Positions 1 to 11,173 of a DNA stretch of 16,694 nt are shown one piece after another. The position numbers and the translations under genes were made by a program. Every line of letters begins with the position of its first letter. Position 1 is the first letter of the stretch. Source of the stretch: Enterobacteriaceae bacterium. GTDB lineage: Bacteria > Pseudomonadota > Gammaproteobacteria > Enterobacterales > JBOFSC01. The stretch covers positions 1 to 16,694 of the forward strand of contig JBOFSC010000477.1 of NCBI GenBank assembly GCA_051651345.1, written 5' to 3'. The notes under the pieces are model-generated. The model saw only the letters and a list, made by a program, of their open reading frames with translations, was not told the origin of the DNA and did not search any database.

Positions 1-27
1 ATACCCCGAGTCTAAGAACCCACCACT

Positions 28-1287
28 ATGAATCTTACCGAACTAAAGAATACGCCAGTTTCTGAATTAATAGCCCTCGGCGAAAACATGGGCCTGGAAA
101 ACCTGGCCAGAATGCGTAAGCAAGATATTATCTTTGCGATTTTGAAACAGCATGCGAAGAGTGGCGAAGACATTTTCGGCGATGGTGTGCTGGAAATCCT
201 GCAGGATGGCTTTGGCTTTCTGCGCTCCGCAGACAGCTCCTATCTTGCCGGGCCCGATGACATTTATGTCTCTCCCAGTCAAATTCGCCGCTTTAACCTG
301 CGAACTGGCGACACTATCTCCGGCAAGATCAGGCCACCGAAAGAAGGCGAACGTTACTTTGCCTTGCTGAAAGTCAACGAAGTCAACTACGACAAACCTG
401 AAAATGCCCGCAATAAAATCCTGTTTGAAAACCTCACACCTCTCCATGCCAACTCCCGTTTAAGAATGGAACGCGGTAACGGTTCTACCGAAGACCTGAC
501 CGCACGCGTTCTGGATCTGGCTGCGCCTATTGGGCGGGGACAGCGGGGTTTGATCGTCGCACCGCCGAAAGCGGGTAAGACCATGCTGCTGCAAAACATT
601 GCTCAAAGCATCGCCTATAACTATCCCGAGTGTGTGCTGATGGTCCTGTTGATCGATGAGCGTCCGGAAGAGGTCACCGAGATGCAGCGTCTGGTGAAAG
701 GTGAAGTCGTGGCGTCCACATTTGATGAGCCTGCTTCACGTCACGTACAGGTGGCTGAGATGGTGATTGAGAAGGCCAAGCGCCTGGTGGAGCACAAAAA
801 GGATGTGATCATCCTGTTGGACTCAATCACCCGTCTGGCGCGCGCTTATAACACCGTGGTCCCTGCCTCTGGTAAGGTATTGACGGGTGGTGTGGATGCT
901 AACGCCCTGCACCGTCCCAAGCGCTTTTTCGGTGCAGCCCGTAATGTGGAAGAGGGCGGCAGCCTGACCATTATTGCCACTGCACTGATCGATACCGGCT
1001 CGAAGATGGATGAAGTGATCTACGAAGAGTTTAAAGGTACCGGTAATATGGAGCTGCATCTGTCACGTAAGATTGCTGAGAAGCGTGTGTTCCCGGCCAT
1101 CGACTACAATCGCTCCGGTACCCGTAAGGAGGAGTTGCTGACCACGTCTGAAGAGTTACAGAAGATGTGGATCCTGCGCAAAATCCTGCATCCGATGGGT
1201 GAAACCGATGCCATGGAGTTTTTGATCAGCAAACTGGCGATGACCAAAACCAATGATGAATTCTTTGATATGATGCGTCGCTCATAG
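28..1287 (+). CDS. rho: Transcription termination factor Rho
   Basis: 419-aa ORF beginning [15 protein letters not shown]. It has a Walker A-type [12 protein letters not shown] motif and is collinear over its full length with E. coli Rho as I recall it. A hairpin terminator follows. Confidence 0.97.
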   Translation: MNLTELKNTPVSELIALGENMGLENLARMRKQDIIFAILKQHAKSGEDIFGDGVLEILQDGFGFLRSADSSYLAGPDDIYVSPSQIRRFNLRTGDTISGKIRPPKEGERYFALLKVNEVNYDKPENARNKILFENLTPLHANSRLRMERGNGSTEDLTARVLDLAAPIGRGQRGLIVAPPKAGKTMLLQNIAQSIAYNYPECVLMVLLIDERPEEVTEMQRLVKGEVVASTFDEPASRHVQVAEMVIEKAKRLVEHKKDVIILLDSITRLARAYNTVVPASGKVLTGGVDANALHRPKRFFGAARNVEEGGSLTIIATALIDTGSKMDEVIYEEFKGTGNMELHLSRKIAEKRVFPAIDYNRSGTRKEELLTTSEELQKMWILRKILHPMGETDAMEFLISKLAMTKTNDEFFDMMRRS

Positions 1288-1317
1288 TTGCAGCGTCTTT
1301 AAGTTAAATTGATCTAT

Positions 1318-1344
1318 AACGCCACTGTTTCCGTGGCGTTTTTT
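1318..1344 (+). terminator. Rho-independent terminator downstream of rho
   Basis: Stem AACGCCAC (1318-1325) pairs with GTGGCGTT (1333-1340) around a 7-nt loop. It runs into a T-tract (1339-1344). Confidence 0.8.
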
Positions 1345-1467
1345 ACATACAACGGATAGGATATATACCCAGAAAATCTGATTGTAGAATGCTATCAGCC
1401 TGTGGGCTGAAGTCAGGGATAGCGCCGGTATATCTGCAATTCATTGAGGAGAAACACAAGGGTATCT

Positions 1468-2556
1468 ATGGTGAGTTGGCTCAATACTGGTGGTGCTTAT
1501 CTGGCCGTATTCCTGTTCTCACTGCTTTTTCTGCTGGTGATGCGCAAAATTGCAGAACGAATAGGGTTGGTGGATAAGCCCAATTATCGAAAACGTCATC
1601 AAGGTGCCATCCCTCTGGTGGGGGGCATTTCTGTCTATGCTGGGATCTGCTTTTATCTGTTGCTGATAGCGCAACACTATATAACTCATACTTTTTTCTA
1701 TCTCACTTGTGCCGGTATTCTGGTGCTGGTGGGGGCTCTGGATGACAGATTCGATATCAGTGTCAAATTCAGGGCGAGCATCCAGGCCCTGATCGCCCTG
1801 TTGATGATGTTTGGTGCCAATCTTTATCTGCGCCATCTCGGTCATCTGCTGGGGCCGTGGGAGTTTAGCCTGGGTCTGTTCGGTTATGTGATCACTCTGC
1901 TGGCGGTCTGGGCGGCTATCAACGCTTTCAATATGGTCGATGGTATCGATGGTCTGCTGGGGGGCGTCTCCTGTGTCTCGTTTGCCGCCATGGCGGTACT
2001 ACTGATGATGCATGGGCAACCGGCAATGGCCGCCTGGTGTGTGGCGATTATCGCCGCGCTTCTGCCCTACTGTATGTTGAATCTGGAGCTGTTCGGGCGT
2101 AAGCGCAAGGTGTTTATGGGCGATGCCGGTAGCACCCTGCTCGGCTTTACGATTATCTGGCTCCTGTTACAGGGGACGCAGACTATCGCCGATCCTATTT
2201 ATCCGGTGACGGCGTTATGGATTATTGCCCTGCCGCTGATGGATATGATTGCCATCATGTATCGACGCCTGCGCAAAGGAATGAGCCCATTTGCCGCCGA
2301 CAGGCAACATATCCACCATCTGTTGATGCGGGGCGGTTTTAGTGCGCGCCAATCTTTTATTATCATTACGTTGGCTTCCGCACTGCTGGCAGCGATCGGC
2401 GTCGTGGGAGATGCCGTATTACATCTGCCAGAATGGTTAATGTTGGCACTTTTCTTGCTTGCATTCATGCTATATGGATACAGCATAAAACGGGCCTGGC
2501 GTGTTGCCCGGTATATCCGGCGCCTTAAACGCAGATTCAGACGCCATGCAGAGTAG
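1468..2556 (+). CDS. wecA: UDP-GlcNAc:undecaprenyl-phosphate GlcNAc-1-phosphate transferase (first step of ECA and O-antigen synthesis)
   Basis: Polytopic membrane protein with the blocks GLVDKPNYRKRHQG, NAFNMVDGIDGL and VFMGDAGS, matching E. coli WecA. I place the start at ATG 1468 (MVSWLN...) rather than the track's TTG 1444, because that aligns with the E. coli N-terminus and length. Confidence 0.92.
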   Translation: MVSWLNTGGAYLAVFLFSLLFLLVMRKIAERIGLVDKPNYRKRHQGAIPLVGGISVYAGICFYLLLIAQHYITHTFFYLTCAGILVLVGALDDRFDISVKFRASIQALIALLMMFGANLYLRHLGHLLGPWEFSLGLFGYVITLLAVWAAINAFNMVDGIDGLLGGVSCVSFAAMAVLLMMHGQPAMAAWCVAIIAALLPYCMLNLELFGRKRKVFMGDAGSTLLGFTIIWLLLQGTQTIADPIYPVTALWIIALPLMDMIAIMYRRLRKGMSPFAADRQHIHHLLMRGGFSARQSFIIITLASALLAAIGVVGDAVLHLPEWLMLALFLLAFMLYGYSIKRAWRVARYIRRLKRRFRRHAE

Positions 2557-2598
2557 TAAAAAGACCTATTTTTTTAATGATATCATCGGTGATTATTG

Positions 2599-3678
2599 AT
2601 GAAACACAATTCTGGACAGACTGGACGACCAATTGACAGCGAATTGGCCATTGAAAACGAACTGGATCTTCGCGGGTTATGTCAGGTCATCTGGCAAGGC
2701 AAAATCATGATCATCGCTGTTGCTCTGCTGTTTGCTCTGGGCGCATTACTTTACTCAAGCCTGGTACAGCAACAGTGGCGCAGCGTGGCCATCATGGATA
2801 AGCCAACCATCAATATGCTGGGACGTTATTACCAGCAGCAATATCTATTGAACTCCCTGGATAAAAGCGCCTCCGCACAGATGGCTGCGCCTCTGGCAGA
2901 CAGCATCGTCAGTCGGGTCTATAGCGAATTTACCCTGCAACTGGGCGCCTATGATATGCAGCGGGCTTTCTGGTTACAGTCGCCCTACTATCATCAAAGA
3001 CAGAAGAAAGATCCGAGGGCTGATAGCGTTCTGCTGGAGGAGTTGATCGGGCAGATTCAGTTCACTCCGGGTGATGAGAAGAAACCCTCCTGGGATACCC
3101 TCAGTTTGACCGCTGAAACAGCGGCAGATGCCAGCCAGCTCCTGCGTAGTTATGTTGCTTTTGTTGACCAGAAAGTGGTGCAGCAGCTTAATGAAGCTCT
3201 CAGTGATAACTGGCGCATGTGGTCGGATACCTTACACAAGCAGCTTGAACAGCAAAAAGTGCTGGCGCAGCAGACCAAAGAGAATGCCATCAACAGCCTG
3301 AAACAGGCGATAGAGATGGCGCAGCAGCAACATATTACTCAGAATCAGTTAGCCGGTGTACCGCTGGACAGCGTGACCGAGCCGCAGCTGTTTCTGCTGG
3401 GTAAGCCTCTGTTACAGGCACGGTTAAGTGCATTGACCTCATCGGGGCCACAGTTTGATGTTGCTTACCAGCAAAATCGCCAACTGCTGGCACAGTTGCA
3501 GTCAGGGCCGGAGTTACAGAATAATTTCCAAATCTACCGCTACTTACAGACACCTGAGGAGCCTATTACCCGGGACAGTCCGCGTCGTCTGTTCCTGCTG
3601 CTGCTGTGGGGTAGTGTTGGGATTGTGGCGGGCGCAGGAGTGGTGCTGGGGCGCAGAGTCGCCCGTCAGCCGCGATAA
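2599..3678 (+). CDS. wzzE: ECA polysaccharide chain-length modulation protein (PCP-1 family)
   Basis: It has an N-terminal and a C-terminal transmembrane helix, a long Q-rich coiled periplasmic middle, and a C-terminal YRYLQTPEEPITRDSPRR motif as in E. coli WzzE. ATG 2599 is preferred over the adjacent TTG 2596. Confidence 0.9.
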   Translation: MKHNSGQTGRPIDSELAIENELDLRGLCQVIWQGKIMIIAVALLFALGALLYSSLVQQQWRSVAIMDKPTINMLGRYYQQQYLLNSLDKSASAQMAAPLADSIVSRVYSEFTLQLGAYDMQRAFWLQSPYYHQRQKKDPRADSVLLEELIGQIQFTPGDEKKPSWDTLSLTAETAADASQLLRSYVAFVDQKVVQQLNEALSDNWRMWSDTLHKQLEQQKVLAQQTKENAINSLKQAIEMAQQQHITQNQLAGVPLDSVTEPQLFLLGKPLLQARLSALTSSGPQFDVAYQQNRQLLAQLQSGPELQNNFQIYRYLQTPEEPITRDSPRRLFLLLLWGSVGIVAGAGVVLGRRVARQPR

Positions 3679-3731
3679 CAGGGTATATATTCATTGTCTA
3701 ACTATTTGTTGTTTAACTAAAGAGAAATGCA

Positions 3732-4865
3732 GTGAAAGTATTGACGGTTTTTGGTACGAGACCTGAAGCGATCAAGATGGCTCCCCTGGTACGGGCCCTG
3801 GCGCAGGATGCCGCGTTTGAAACAAAAGTGTGCGTCACTGCCCAGCATCGGCAGATGCTTGATCAGGTATTGAAGCTGTTTCAGATTACGCCGGATTTCG
3901 ATCTGGATATTATGCGGCCGGGACAGGATCTCAGTGATATCACCTGTCGCATTTTGCAGGGAATGAAACCCGTACTGTCTGGTTTTAAACCGGATGTGGT
4001 TCTGGTGCATGGGGATACGACAACGACGATGGCGACCAGTCTGGCCGCATTCTATCAGCGTATTCCTGTGGGGCATGTGGAGGCCGGTCTGCGCACCGGA
4101 GAGCTCTACTCCCCCTGGCCGGAAGAGGCCAACCGTACCCTGACAGGCCATCTGGCACTCTATCACTTCGCCCCGACGGAGCGGGCCCGTGACAACCTGC
4201 TGCGCGAATCCATTCCTGCCGGACAGATATTTGTCACCGGTAACACCGTGATCGATGCATTACTGACGGTGCGTGATGATATCCTGCATGACCAGCAGTT
4301 ACACGACACCATGATCCGGCGTTATCCCTTTCTGCAACAGACAGACAAGAAGATCGTACTGGTGACAGGTCATCGCCGTGAGAGCTTTGGCGAGGGTTTT
4401 GAGCGCATCTGTACCGCACTGGCGGGCATTGCCCGGGCCCATCCCGAGGTACATGTGGTCTATCCGATGCATTTTAATCCCAATGTGCGCGAACCTGTGC
4501 GGCGTATTCTCGGGGATGTGGACAGTGTCAGCCTGATAGAGCCGCTGGACTATCAACCTTTTGTCTATCTGATGAACCGCAGTTATCTTATTTTAACCGA
4601 TTCAGGGGGTATCCAGGAGGAGGCTCCCTCTCTGGGCAAACCGGTTCTGGTGATGCGCGATACCACAGAGCGCCCGGAAGCGGTGGACGCTGGTACGGTA
4701 CGCCTGGTGGGCACCTGCAGCGAGACCATTATTGAACAAGTAACCCGCCTGCTGAGTGATGAACAGGCATATCATGCCATGGCCCGAGCCCATAATCCTT
4801 ATGGTGATGGTCAGGCCTGCCAGCGCATTGTGGCAGCATTAAAAGAGAATCAGGTGAAATTATGA
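3732..4865 (+). CDS. wecB: UDP-N-acetylglucosamine 2-epimerase
   Basis: GTG start giving [20 protein letters not shown], which matches the E. coli WecB N-terminus. Similarity runs the full length of the 377-aa ORF. Confidence 0.95.
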   Translation: MKVLTVFGTRPEAIKMAPLVRALAQDAAFETKVCVTAQHRQMLDQVLKLFQITPDFDLDIMRPGQDLSDITCRILQGMKPVLSGFKPDVVLVHGDTTTTMATSLAAFYQRIPVGHVEAGLRTGELYSPWPEEANRTLTGHLALYHFAPTERARDNLLRESIPAGQIFVTGNTVIDALLTVRDDILHDQQLHDTMIRRYPFLQQTDKKIVLVTGHRRESFGEGFERICTALAGIARAHPEVHVVYPMHFNPNVREPVRRILGDVDSVSLIEPLDYQPFVYLMNRSYLILTDSGGIQEEAPSLGKPVLVMRDTTERPEAVDAGTVRLVGTCSETIIEQVTRLLSDEQAYHAMARAHNPYGDGQACQRIVAALKENQVKL

Positions 4866-6139
4866 GTTTTGATGTTATTTCGGTGGTTGGGCTGGGCTAT
4901 ATTGGTCTGCCAACAGCCGCAGCTTTTGCTTCTGCCAGGAAAAAAGTCATTGGTGTGGATGTCAATCAACATGCGGTGGAGACCATTAATCGTGGTGAGA
5001 TCCATATTGTGGAGCCGGATCTGGATATCGCAGTCAGTGAGGCGGTGGCCCAGGGCTATCTGCAGGCGGTGACGACACCGCTACCGGCCGATGCTTTTCT
5101 GATAGCGGTGCCCACGCCATTTAAAGGTGAGCATCAGCCGGATTTAAGCTATGTGGAAGCGGCGGCCCGGGCAGTGGCGAAGGTGCTGCAAAAAGGCAAC
5201 CTGCTGATTCTCGAATCCACCTCCCCGGTGGGCACCACAGAGCAGATGGCTCAGTGGCTGGCCCAGGAGCGCCCTGATCTCACTTTCCCCCAACAGGCAG
5301 GAGAGCAGGCGGATATCCAGATCGCCTACTGCCCGGAGCGTGTTCTGCCCGGTAAAGTGATGGTGGAACTGCTGAAAAATGATCGGGTGATCGGCGGTAT
5401 GACGCCTCGCTGCTCAGCCCGGGCCAGTGAGTTATATAAGCTGTTTTTACAGGGAGAGTGCGTGGTCACCAATGCCCGTACTGCTGAATTATGTAAGCTA
5501 ACCGAAAACAGCTTCCGCGATGTCAATATTGCCTTTGCCAATGAGCTGTCTCTGATCTGTGATCAACAGAAAATCAATGTCTGGGAACTGATACGCCTCG
5601 CCAACCGCCATCCGCGGGTGGATATTCTGCAGCCAGGTGCGGGCGTGGGCGGACACTGTATCGCCGTTGACCCCTGGTTTATTGTGGCTCAGAGCCCGCA
5701 GCAGGCGCGGATGATCCGTCTGGCGCGAGAGATCAATGATGGCAAACCTCTCTGGGTTATCGACAAGGTGAAGAGCGCCCTGGCGGAGTGTCTGACGGAG
5801 AGTGGTAAACGGGCAGATGAAGTGACCATTGCTTGTCTTGGCCTCTCCTTTAAACCAGATATCGATGATCTGCGTGAAAGCCCGGCCATGTCTATTACAA
5901 AACAGCTGTCCCAGTGGCACAAAGGCCGCACCCTGGTCGTCGAACCCAATATCGAGCAGTTACCGACGTCATTACACAACGACTCACTGAAGGACAAGGT
6001 ACAACTGGTGTCACTGGAGTCGGCATTAAGTCAGGCGGATGTTCTGGTGCTGCTGGTGGATCATCAGCAATTCAAACAGGTTCCTGCCGAGAAGATCCAG
6101 CAGAAGTGGGTGGTGGATGTTAAGGGAGTCTGGAGATGA
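4862..6139 (+). CDS. wecC: UDP-N-acetyl-D-mannosamine dehydrogenase
   Basis: [24 protein letters not shown] contains a Rossmann GxGxxG motif. The ORF is collinear with E. coli WecC. Its start forms an ATGA overlap with the wecB stop. Confidence 0.95.
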   Translation: MSFDVISVVGLGYIGLPTAAAFASARKKVIGVDVNQHAVETINRGEIHIVEPDLDIAVSEAVAQGYLQAVTTPLPADAFLIAVPTPFKGEHQPDLSYVEAAARAVAKVLQKGNLLILESTSPVGTTEQMAQWLAQERPDLTFPQQAGEQADIQIAYCPERVLPGKVMVELLKNDRVIGGMTPRCSARASELYKLFLQGECVVTNARTAELCKLTENSFRDVNIAFANELSLICDQQKINVWELIRLANRHPRVDILQPGAGVGGHCIAVDPWFIVAQSPQQARMIRLAREINDGKPLWVIDKVKSALAECLTESGKRADEVTIACLGLSFKPDIDDLRESPAMSITKQLSQWHKGRTLVVEPNIEQLPTSLHNDSLKDKVQLVSLESALSQADVLVLLVDHQQFKQVPAEKIQQKWVVDVKGVWR

Positions 6140-7206
6140 GGCGTATTCTGGTCACCGGTGGCGCGGGTTTTATCGGTTCTGCTGTTGTACGGCATATTAT
6201 TGAACACACCGCAGACAGCGTGCTGGTGGTGGATAAACTGACCTACGCCGGTAATCTGGATTCTCTGGCACCAGTGGCACAAGATCCCCGTTATCGTTTT
6301 GCCCAGGTGGATATTTGTGATGGGGATGCGCTGCAACAGGTGGTACAGGAGTACCAGCCAGATATGATGATGCATCTGGCGGCGGAAAGTCATGTGGACC
6401 GCTCCATTGACGGCCCGGCGGCTTTTATTGAAACCAATATTATTGGCACCTATACCCTGCTGGAGGTGGCGCGCCGTTACTGGTCGCAACTGAGTGACTC
6501 GCGTCAGGCTATTTTCCGTCTGCACCATATTTCCACCGATGAAGTGTATGGTGATCTGGAGAGTGGCGGCCTGTTTCATGAGACGACCCCTTATGCCCCC
6601 AGCAGTCCTTACTCCGCCTCTAAAGCGGGTAGCGACCATCTGGTGCGGGCCTGGTTACGGACTTATGGACTGCCCACCCTGGTGACCAACTGTTCTAATA
6701 ATTATGGTCCCTATCATTTTCCTGAAAAACTGATCCCGCTGGTGATCCTCAATGCCCTGGCGGGCAAGCCATTGCCCGTGTATGGCGATGGGGGGCAGGT
6801 ACGTGACTGGCTCTATGTAGAGGACCATGCCAGAGCACTCTATCAGGTGCTGACCGAGGGTAAAGTGGGGGAAACCTACAATATTGGCGGCCATAATGAG
6901 CGCAAAAATCTGCAAGTGGTGCAGACCATCTGTGATTTATTGCAGGAACTGAACGCAGAGAAACCCGCCGGTGTAGCCCACTATCGTGATTTAATCACCT
7001 TTGTGACCGACAGACCGGGACATGATCGCCGCTATGCCATCGATGCCGGTAAAATAGAGCGAGAGTTGGGCTGGCGTCCTCAGGAAACCTTTGAAAGCGG
7101 CCTGCGCAAAACCGTACTCTGGTATCTGAATAATGCGTCATGGTGGCGTCGGGTCCAGGATGGCTCCTATGCCGGAGAAAGGCTGGGCCTGTTACAGGAG
7201 GAGTAG
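6136..7206 (+). CDS. rffG: dTDP-glucose 4,6-dehydratase
   Basis: [15 protein letters not shown] (SDR Rossmann motif) and YSASK (catalytic YxxxK). The ORF is highly similar to E. coli RffG. Its start forms an ATGA overlap with the wecC stop. Confidence 0.93.
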   Translation: MRRILVTGGAGFIGSAVVRHIIEHTADSVLVVDKLTYAGNLDSLAPVAQDPRYRFAQVDICDGDALQQVVQEYQPDMMMHLAAESHVDRSIDGPAAFIETNIIGTYTLLEVARRYWSQLSDSRQAIFRLHHISTDEVYGDLESGGLFHETTPYAPSSPYSASKAGSDHLVRAWLRTYGLPTLVTNCSNNYGPYHFPEKLIPLVILNALAGKPLPVYGDGGQVRDWLYVEDHARALYQVLTEGKVGETYNIGGHNERKNLQVVQTICDLLQELNAEKPAGVAHYRDLITFVTDRPGHDRRYAIDAGKIERELGWRPQETFESGLRKTVLWYLNNASWWRRVQDGSYAGERLGLLQEE

Positions 7207-7208
7207 AG

Positions 7209-8099
7209 ATGAAAGGTATTGTTTTGGCCGGAGGCTCAGGCACCCGATTACATCCAATAACTCGTGGTGTCTCCAAACAACTGTTACCCATTTATGATAA
7301 ACCGATGGTTTATTATCCTATTTCTGTGCTGATGCTGGCGGGAATTCAGGATATTCTGCTGATTTCCACCCCTACAGATCTACCTGCTTATCAGCGGCTG
7401 CTGGGAAATGGTGAAGAGTTTGGCCTCAATTTACGCTACGCACAGCAAACCAGCCCTGATGGTTTGGCCCAGGCTTTTCTGATAGCGGAGCAGTTTATTG
7501 CTGGTGATTCCAGTTGCCTGGTGCTGGGGGATAATATCTTTTTTGGTCAATCATTTAGCCCCAAACTCAAATCGGTGGCAGCCAAAAATCAGGGGGCGAC
7601 GGTCTTTGGTTATCAGGTGATGGACCCGGAACGTTTTGGCGTGGTGCAGTTTGATGACCAGTTCCGCGCTATTTCTGTGGAAGAGAAGCCGCAAAAACCC
7701 AAATCTAACTGGGCTGTAACCGGGCTCTATTTCTATGACCCACAGGTGGTGGAGATAGCCAAAAGTATCCGACCCTCGGCGCGGGGGGAACTGGAGATCA
7801 GTTCGATTAACCAGCGTTATCTTGAACAGGGTCAGCTACAGGTAGAGCTACTGGGTCGCGGTTTTGCCTGGCTGGATACCGGCACCCACGACAGCCTGAT
7901 TGAAGCCAGTATGTTTGTGCAGACGGTGGAAAAACGTCAGGGCTTTAAAATTGCCTGTCTGGAGGAGATCGCCTGGCGCAACGGCTGGTTAAGTGATCAG
8001 GCCCTGGCCGAGGCAGCTGAACGTCTGGGCAAGACCGGGTATGGGCACTATTTACAGGAGCTATTGCATGTGCGTCCGCGGCAATATGACCCCACTTGA
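7209..8099 (+). CDS. rffH: Glucose-1-phosphate thymidylyltransferase
   Basis: The true start is ATG 7209 ([18 protein letters not shown]), with GGAGGAG 5-11 nt upstream. The track's 7140 start is an in-frame upstream extension lying inside rffG. Confidence 0.93.
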   Translation: MKGIVLAGGSGTRLHPITRGVSKQLLPIYDKPMVYYPISVLMLAGIQDILLISTPTDLPAYQRLLGNGEEFGLNLRYAQQTSPDGLAQAFLIAEQFIAGDSSCLVLGDNIFFGQSFSPKLKSVAAKNQGATVFGYQVMDPERFGVVQFDDQFRAISVEEKPQKPKSNWAVTGLYFYDPQVVEIAKSIRPSARGELEISSINQRYLEQGQLQVELLGRGFAWLDTGTHDSLIEASMFVQTVEKRQGFKIACLEEIAWRNGWLSDQALAEAAERLGKTGYGHYLQELLHVRPRQYDPT

Positions 8100-8802
8100 G
8101 TGGGAGAATGATTTTTTCTCAGTCGCCAGTGCCCGCTTAACCCTGGACCCCCACGGTGAGGTGGTGACTCAGGCGCTGTTAAACGCTTACCCGCTGGTGC
8201 AGGCGAAGCTGGCGACCAGCGAGACTCAGGCGAGGGATCAACTGGCATCATTGGGTTTTGTGCTGGCAGAAGGGGAGATCGATCTGCAATTGTCCCTGAC
8301 GCCCGGCAACACAATGGCCGAAGAGTGCGGCGAGCAGCCATTGTGGCAGCAGGCACAGCAGCAGCATATCGGGGCGTTACGCACAGTGGCAGAACAGGTA
8401 TTTACCCTGAGTCGTTTTCGTCCACCCTGGTATCAGGCGCAGGATAATGGTCGTCTCTATACCGAGTGGGTCCATAAAGCTGTCCTGGGCACGTATGATC
8501 ACTGCTGTTTACTGGCTATCGATGAGCAGGGCGTGATGGAAGGCTTTGTTACCCTGCGCCACGGCGAGCCGGGGGAGGCCAGAGTCGGTTTGCTGGCAGT
8601 GTGTCCCGAACACCATGGCAAAGGGATTGGCACAAAATTGATTGGCATCGCAACACACTGGTGTCGGCAGCACCAGATAAATCAGGTACGGATAGCGACC
8701 CAAATAAGTAATATCCAGGCATTACGCCTCTATATTCGTTGTGGTGCGTTGCCGGTGAGCTCGAGTTATTGGTTTTACAGGGGGTATCATGATTCCATTT
8801 AA
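8068..8802 (+). CDS. wecD: dTDP-fucosamine acetyltransferase (GNAT family)
   Basis: ATG 8068 is preceded by CAGGAG at a 7-nt spacing. The N-terminus [14 protein letters not shown] parallels E. coli WecD MPVRASIEPLTWEN (recalled). A GNAT acetyl-CoA motif HGKGIG is present. The gene overlaps the rffH 3' end by 32 nt and wecE by 14 nt. Confidence 0.85.
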   Translation: MCVRGNMTPLEWENDFFSVASARLTLDPHGEVVTQALLNAYPLVQAKLATSETQARDQLASLGFVLAEGEIDLQLSLTPGNTMAEECGEQPLWQQAQQQHIGALRTVAEQVFTLSRFRPPWYQAQDNGRLYTEWVHKAVLGTYDHCCLLAIDEQGVMEGFVTLRHGEPGEARVGLLAVCPEHHGKGIGTKLIGIATHWCRQHQINQVRIATQISNIQALRLYIRCGALPVSSSYWFYRGYHDSI

Positions 8803-9919
8803 TTCTCCGCCCGTTGTTGGCACGGAAATCGATTATATGCGCTCAGCCATGGGCAGTGGCAAGCTGTGTGGCGATGGTGGCTATACGCGCCGCTGCCAGC
8901 AGTGGATGGAACATCGGTTTAATACGCCGAAAGCTCTGCTGACCCCCTCCTGCACCGCCTCCCTGGAGCTGGCGGCCCTGTTGCTGGATATCCAGCCTGG
9001 GGATGAGGTGATCATGCCCAGTTTTACCTTTGTTTCCACCGCCAATGCCTTTGTTTTGCGTGGCGCCAAAGCGGTACTGATCGATTTAGAGCCCGGCACC
9101 ATGAATATGGATGCCAGCCTGATCGAAGCGGCGATTACTGAGAAAACCCGGGCCATCGTGCCGGTACATTACGCCGGTGTCTCCTGCAATATGGATAAAA
9201 TCATGACCCTGGCCCGTAAATATAAGTTATGGGTGGTGGAAGATGCGGCGCAAGGGGTGATGTCCACTTATCGTGGTCAGGCCCTGGGCACCATTGGTCA
9301 TATCGGTTGTTTCAGTTTTCATGAAACCAAGAACTACACCTCAGGGGGCGAAGGTGGTGCTGTGTTGATCAACGATCCGGCGCTGATTGAGCGGGCGGAA
9401 ATTATTCGTGAGAAGGGCACCAATCGCAGCCAGTTTTTCCGTGGTCAGGTGGATAAATATACCTGGCGTGATCTCGGTTCCAGTTATCTGATGTCTGATT
9501 TACAGGCCGCTTATTTGTGGGCGCAACTGGAAGCCGCAGAGCTGATCAATCAGCGGCGCCTGGCCTTGTGGCAGGGTTACTATGATGCTCTGCAGCCTCT
9601 GGCACAAGCCGGAAAATTGCAGTTACCGACGATACCAGAAGCGTGTCAGCACAATGCGCATATGTTCTATATCAAACTGGCAGATATCAGTCAGCGCACA
9701 GATTTTATCGACTATATGAAAGAGGCCGAGATTCTGGCGGTGTTCCACTATATCCCTCTGCATGCCTGCCCTGCGGGCCAGCAGTTTGCCCGTTTTCATG
9801 GTGAAGATCGCTTTACCACTCAGGAGAGTGAGCGTCTGGTGCGTCTGCCTCTCTATTACAATATGAGCGATGCCGATCACCGCACAGTGATCAACTCAAT
9901 CCTCAGCTACTTTGCCTGA
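8789..9919 (+). CDS. wecE: dTDP-4-dehydro-6-deoxy-D-glucose transaminase (PLP-dependent, DegT/DnrJ/EryC1 family)
   Basis: [31 protein letters not shown] is nearly identical to the E. coli WecE N-terminus. The 376-aa length also matches. Confidence 0.95.
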   Translation: MIPFNSPPVVGTEIDYMRSAMGSGKLCGDGGYTRRCQQWMEHRFNTPKALLTPSCTASLELAALLLDIQPGDEVIMPSFTFVSTANAFVLRGAKAVLIDLEPGTMNMDASLIEAAITEKTRAIVPVHYAGVSCNMDKIMTLARKYKLWVVEDAAQGVMSTYRGQALGTIGHIGCFSFHETKNYTSGGEGGAVLINDPALIERAEIIREKGTNRSQFFRGQVDKYTWRDLGSSYLMSDLQAAYLWAQLEAAELINQRRLALWQGYYDALQPLAQAGKLQLPTIPEACQHNAHMFYIKLADISQRTDFIDYMKEAEILAVFHYIPLHACPAGQQFARFHGEDRFTTQESERLVRLPLYYNMSDADHRTVINSILSYFA

Positions 9920-9922
9920 GCC

Positions 9923-11173
9923 ATGTCACTCGCTAAAACTTCACTCTGGACCGCCGGTTCAACCCTGGTCAAAATTGGCGCAGGGTTGCTGGTGGTCAAA
10001 TTGCTGGCGCTGGCCTATGGCCCAACTGGCTTCGGCCAGGCGGGCAACTTTCGCCAGTTGATTACGGTACTGGGGGTATTGGCCGGTGCGGGTATTTTTA
10101 ATGGCGTCACCAAATATGTGGCCCAGTATGAGCACCAGCCAACTGAGTTACGCCAGGTTCTGGGCACCTCTTCCAGTCTGGTACTGCTCTTTTCCACTCT
10201 GCTGGCGTTGGTATTTCTGTTTGCGGCACGTCCTGTCAGTATCGCCCTGTTTGGTCACGACCAATATCAGCAGGTGATACGGCTGGTGGCCTTTTTGCAG
10301 GTAGGTATCGCTTACGGCAACCTCTGTCTGGCTATCCTGAAAGGATTTCGTGATGCCCGTGGCAATGCGCTGGGCATCATCGGGGGAACACTGCTGGGGG
10401 TGGTCGGATATATCGTCTGCCTGTGGCTGGGGGGCTATACCGGTGCACTGGTGGGGCTGGCGCTGGTGCCTGCGATGGTTCTCCTGCCTGCCGGGCTATT
10501 ATTGATCCGTCGCCACCAGGTGGCCCTAAAGGATTTTCTCTTCTGCTGGCGCTGGGATCTGGTGGGGCAACTGAGTAAATTTACCCTGATGGCGCTGATC
10601 ACCTCGGCCACGCTACCTCTGGCTTATATCATCATGCGTAATCTGCTGGCCCACGATTATAGCTGGAAAGAGGTGGGTATCTGGGGCGGTGTCAGCTCCA
10701 TTTCCGATGCCTACTTACAATTTATTACCGCCTCTTTTACCGTCTATCTGCTGCCCACACTGGCCCGCCTCGGTGATAAGCGCGAGATTAGCCGGGAGAT
10801 CTTGCGCACCCTGCGTTTTGTCCTGCCGGTGGTGGCCTGTGCCAGCCTGCTGGTATGGCTACTGCGTGATCTGGCTATCTGGTTACTGTTCTCCTCACAA
10901 TTTAGCGAAATGCGTGATCTGTTCGCCTGGCAGTTGACGGGAGATGTATTGAAAGTGGGCGCTTATGTTTTTGGCTATCTGGTGATAGCCAAAGCCTCAT
11001 TGCGCTTTTACATTTTGGCGGAGGTGAGTCAGTTCGGTCTGTTGATGCTCTTTTCTCACTGGCTGATCCCTCTTCACGGCGCACTGGGAGCCACTCAGGC
11101 TTATATGGCGACCTATGTCGTCTATTTTGGCCTGTGTTGCCTGCTGTTTTTACTGTATAGAAGAAGGGTATGA
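9923..11173 (+). CDS. wzxE: Lipid III (ECA unit) flippase
   Basis: MSLAKTSLWTAGSTLVKIGAG... encodes a 416-aa polytopic membrane protein that is collinear with E. coli WzxE. Confidence 0.93.
   Translation: MSLAKTSLWTAGSTLVKIGAGLLVVKLLALAYGPTGFGQAGNFRQLITVLGVLAGAGIFNGVTKYVAQYEHQPTELRQVLGTSSSLVLLFSTLLALVFLFAARPVSIALFGHDQYQQVIRLVAFLQVGIAYGNLCLAILKGFRDARGNALGIIGGTLLGVVGYIVCLWLGGYTGALVGLALVPAMVLLPAGLLLIRRHQVALKDFLFCWRWDLVGQLSKFTLMALITSATLPLAYIIMRNLLAHDYSWKEVGIWGGVSSISDAYLQFITASFTVYLLPTLARLGDKREISREILRTLRFVLPVVACASLLVWLLRDLAIWLLFSSQFSEMRDLFAWQLTGDVLKVGAYVFGYLVIAKASLRFYILAEVSQFGLLMLFSHWLIPLHGALGATQAYMATYVVYFGLCCLLFLLYRRRV

Noticed and set aside
1345-1467. Search for a JUMPstart/ops (GGCGGTAG) element or a clear promoter upstream of wecA
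   Set aside because: No ops match is present on either strand. TAGAAT at 1385-1390 is a possible -10 but has no credible -35 at 16-18 nt, so I do not report a promoter.
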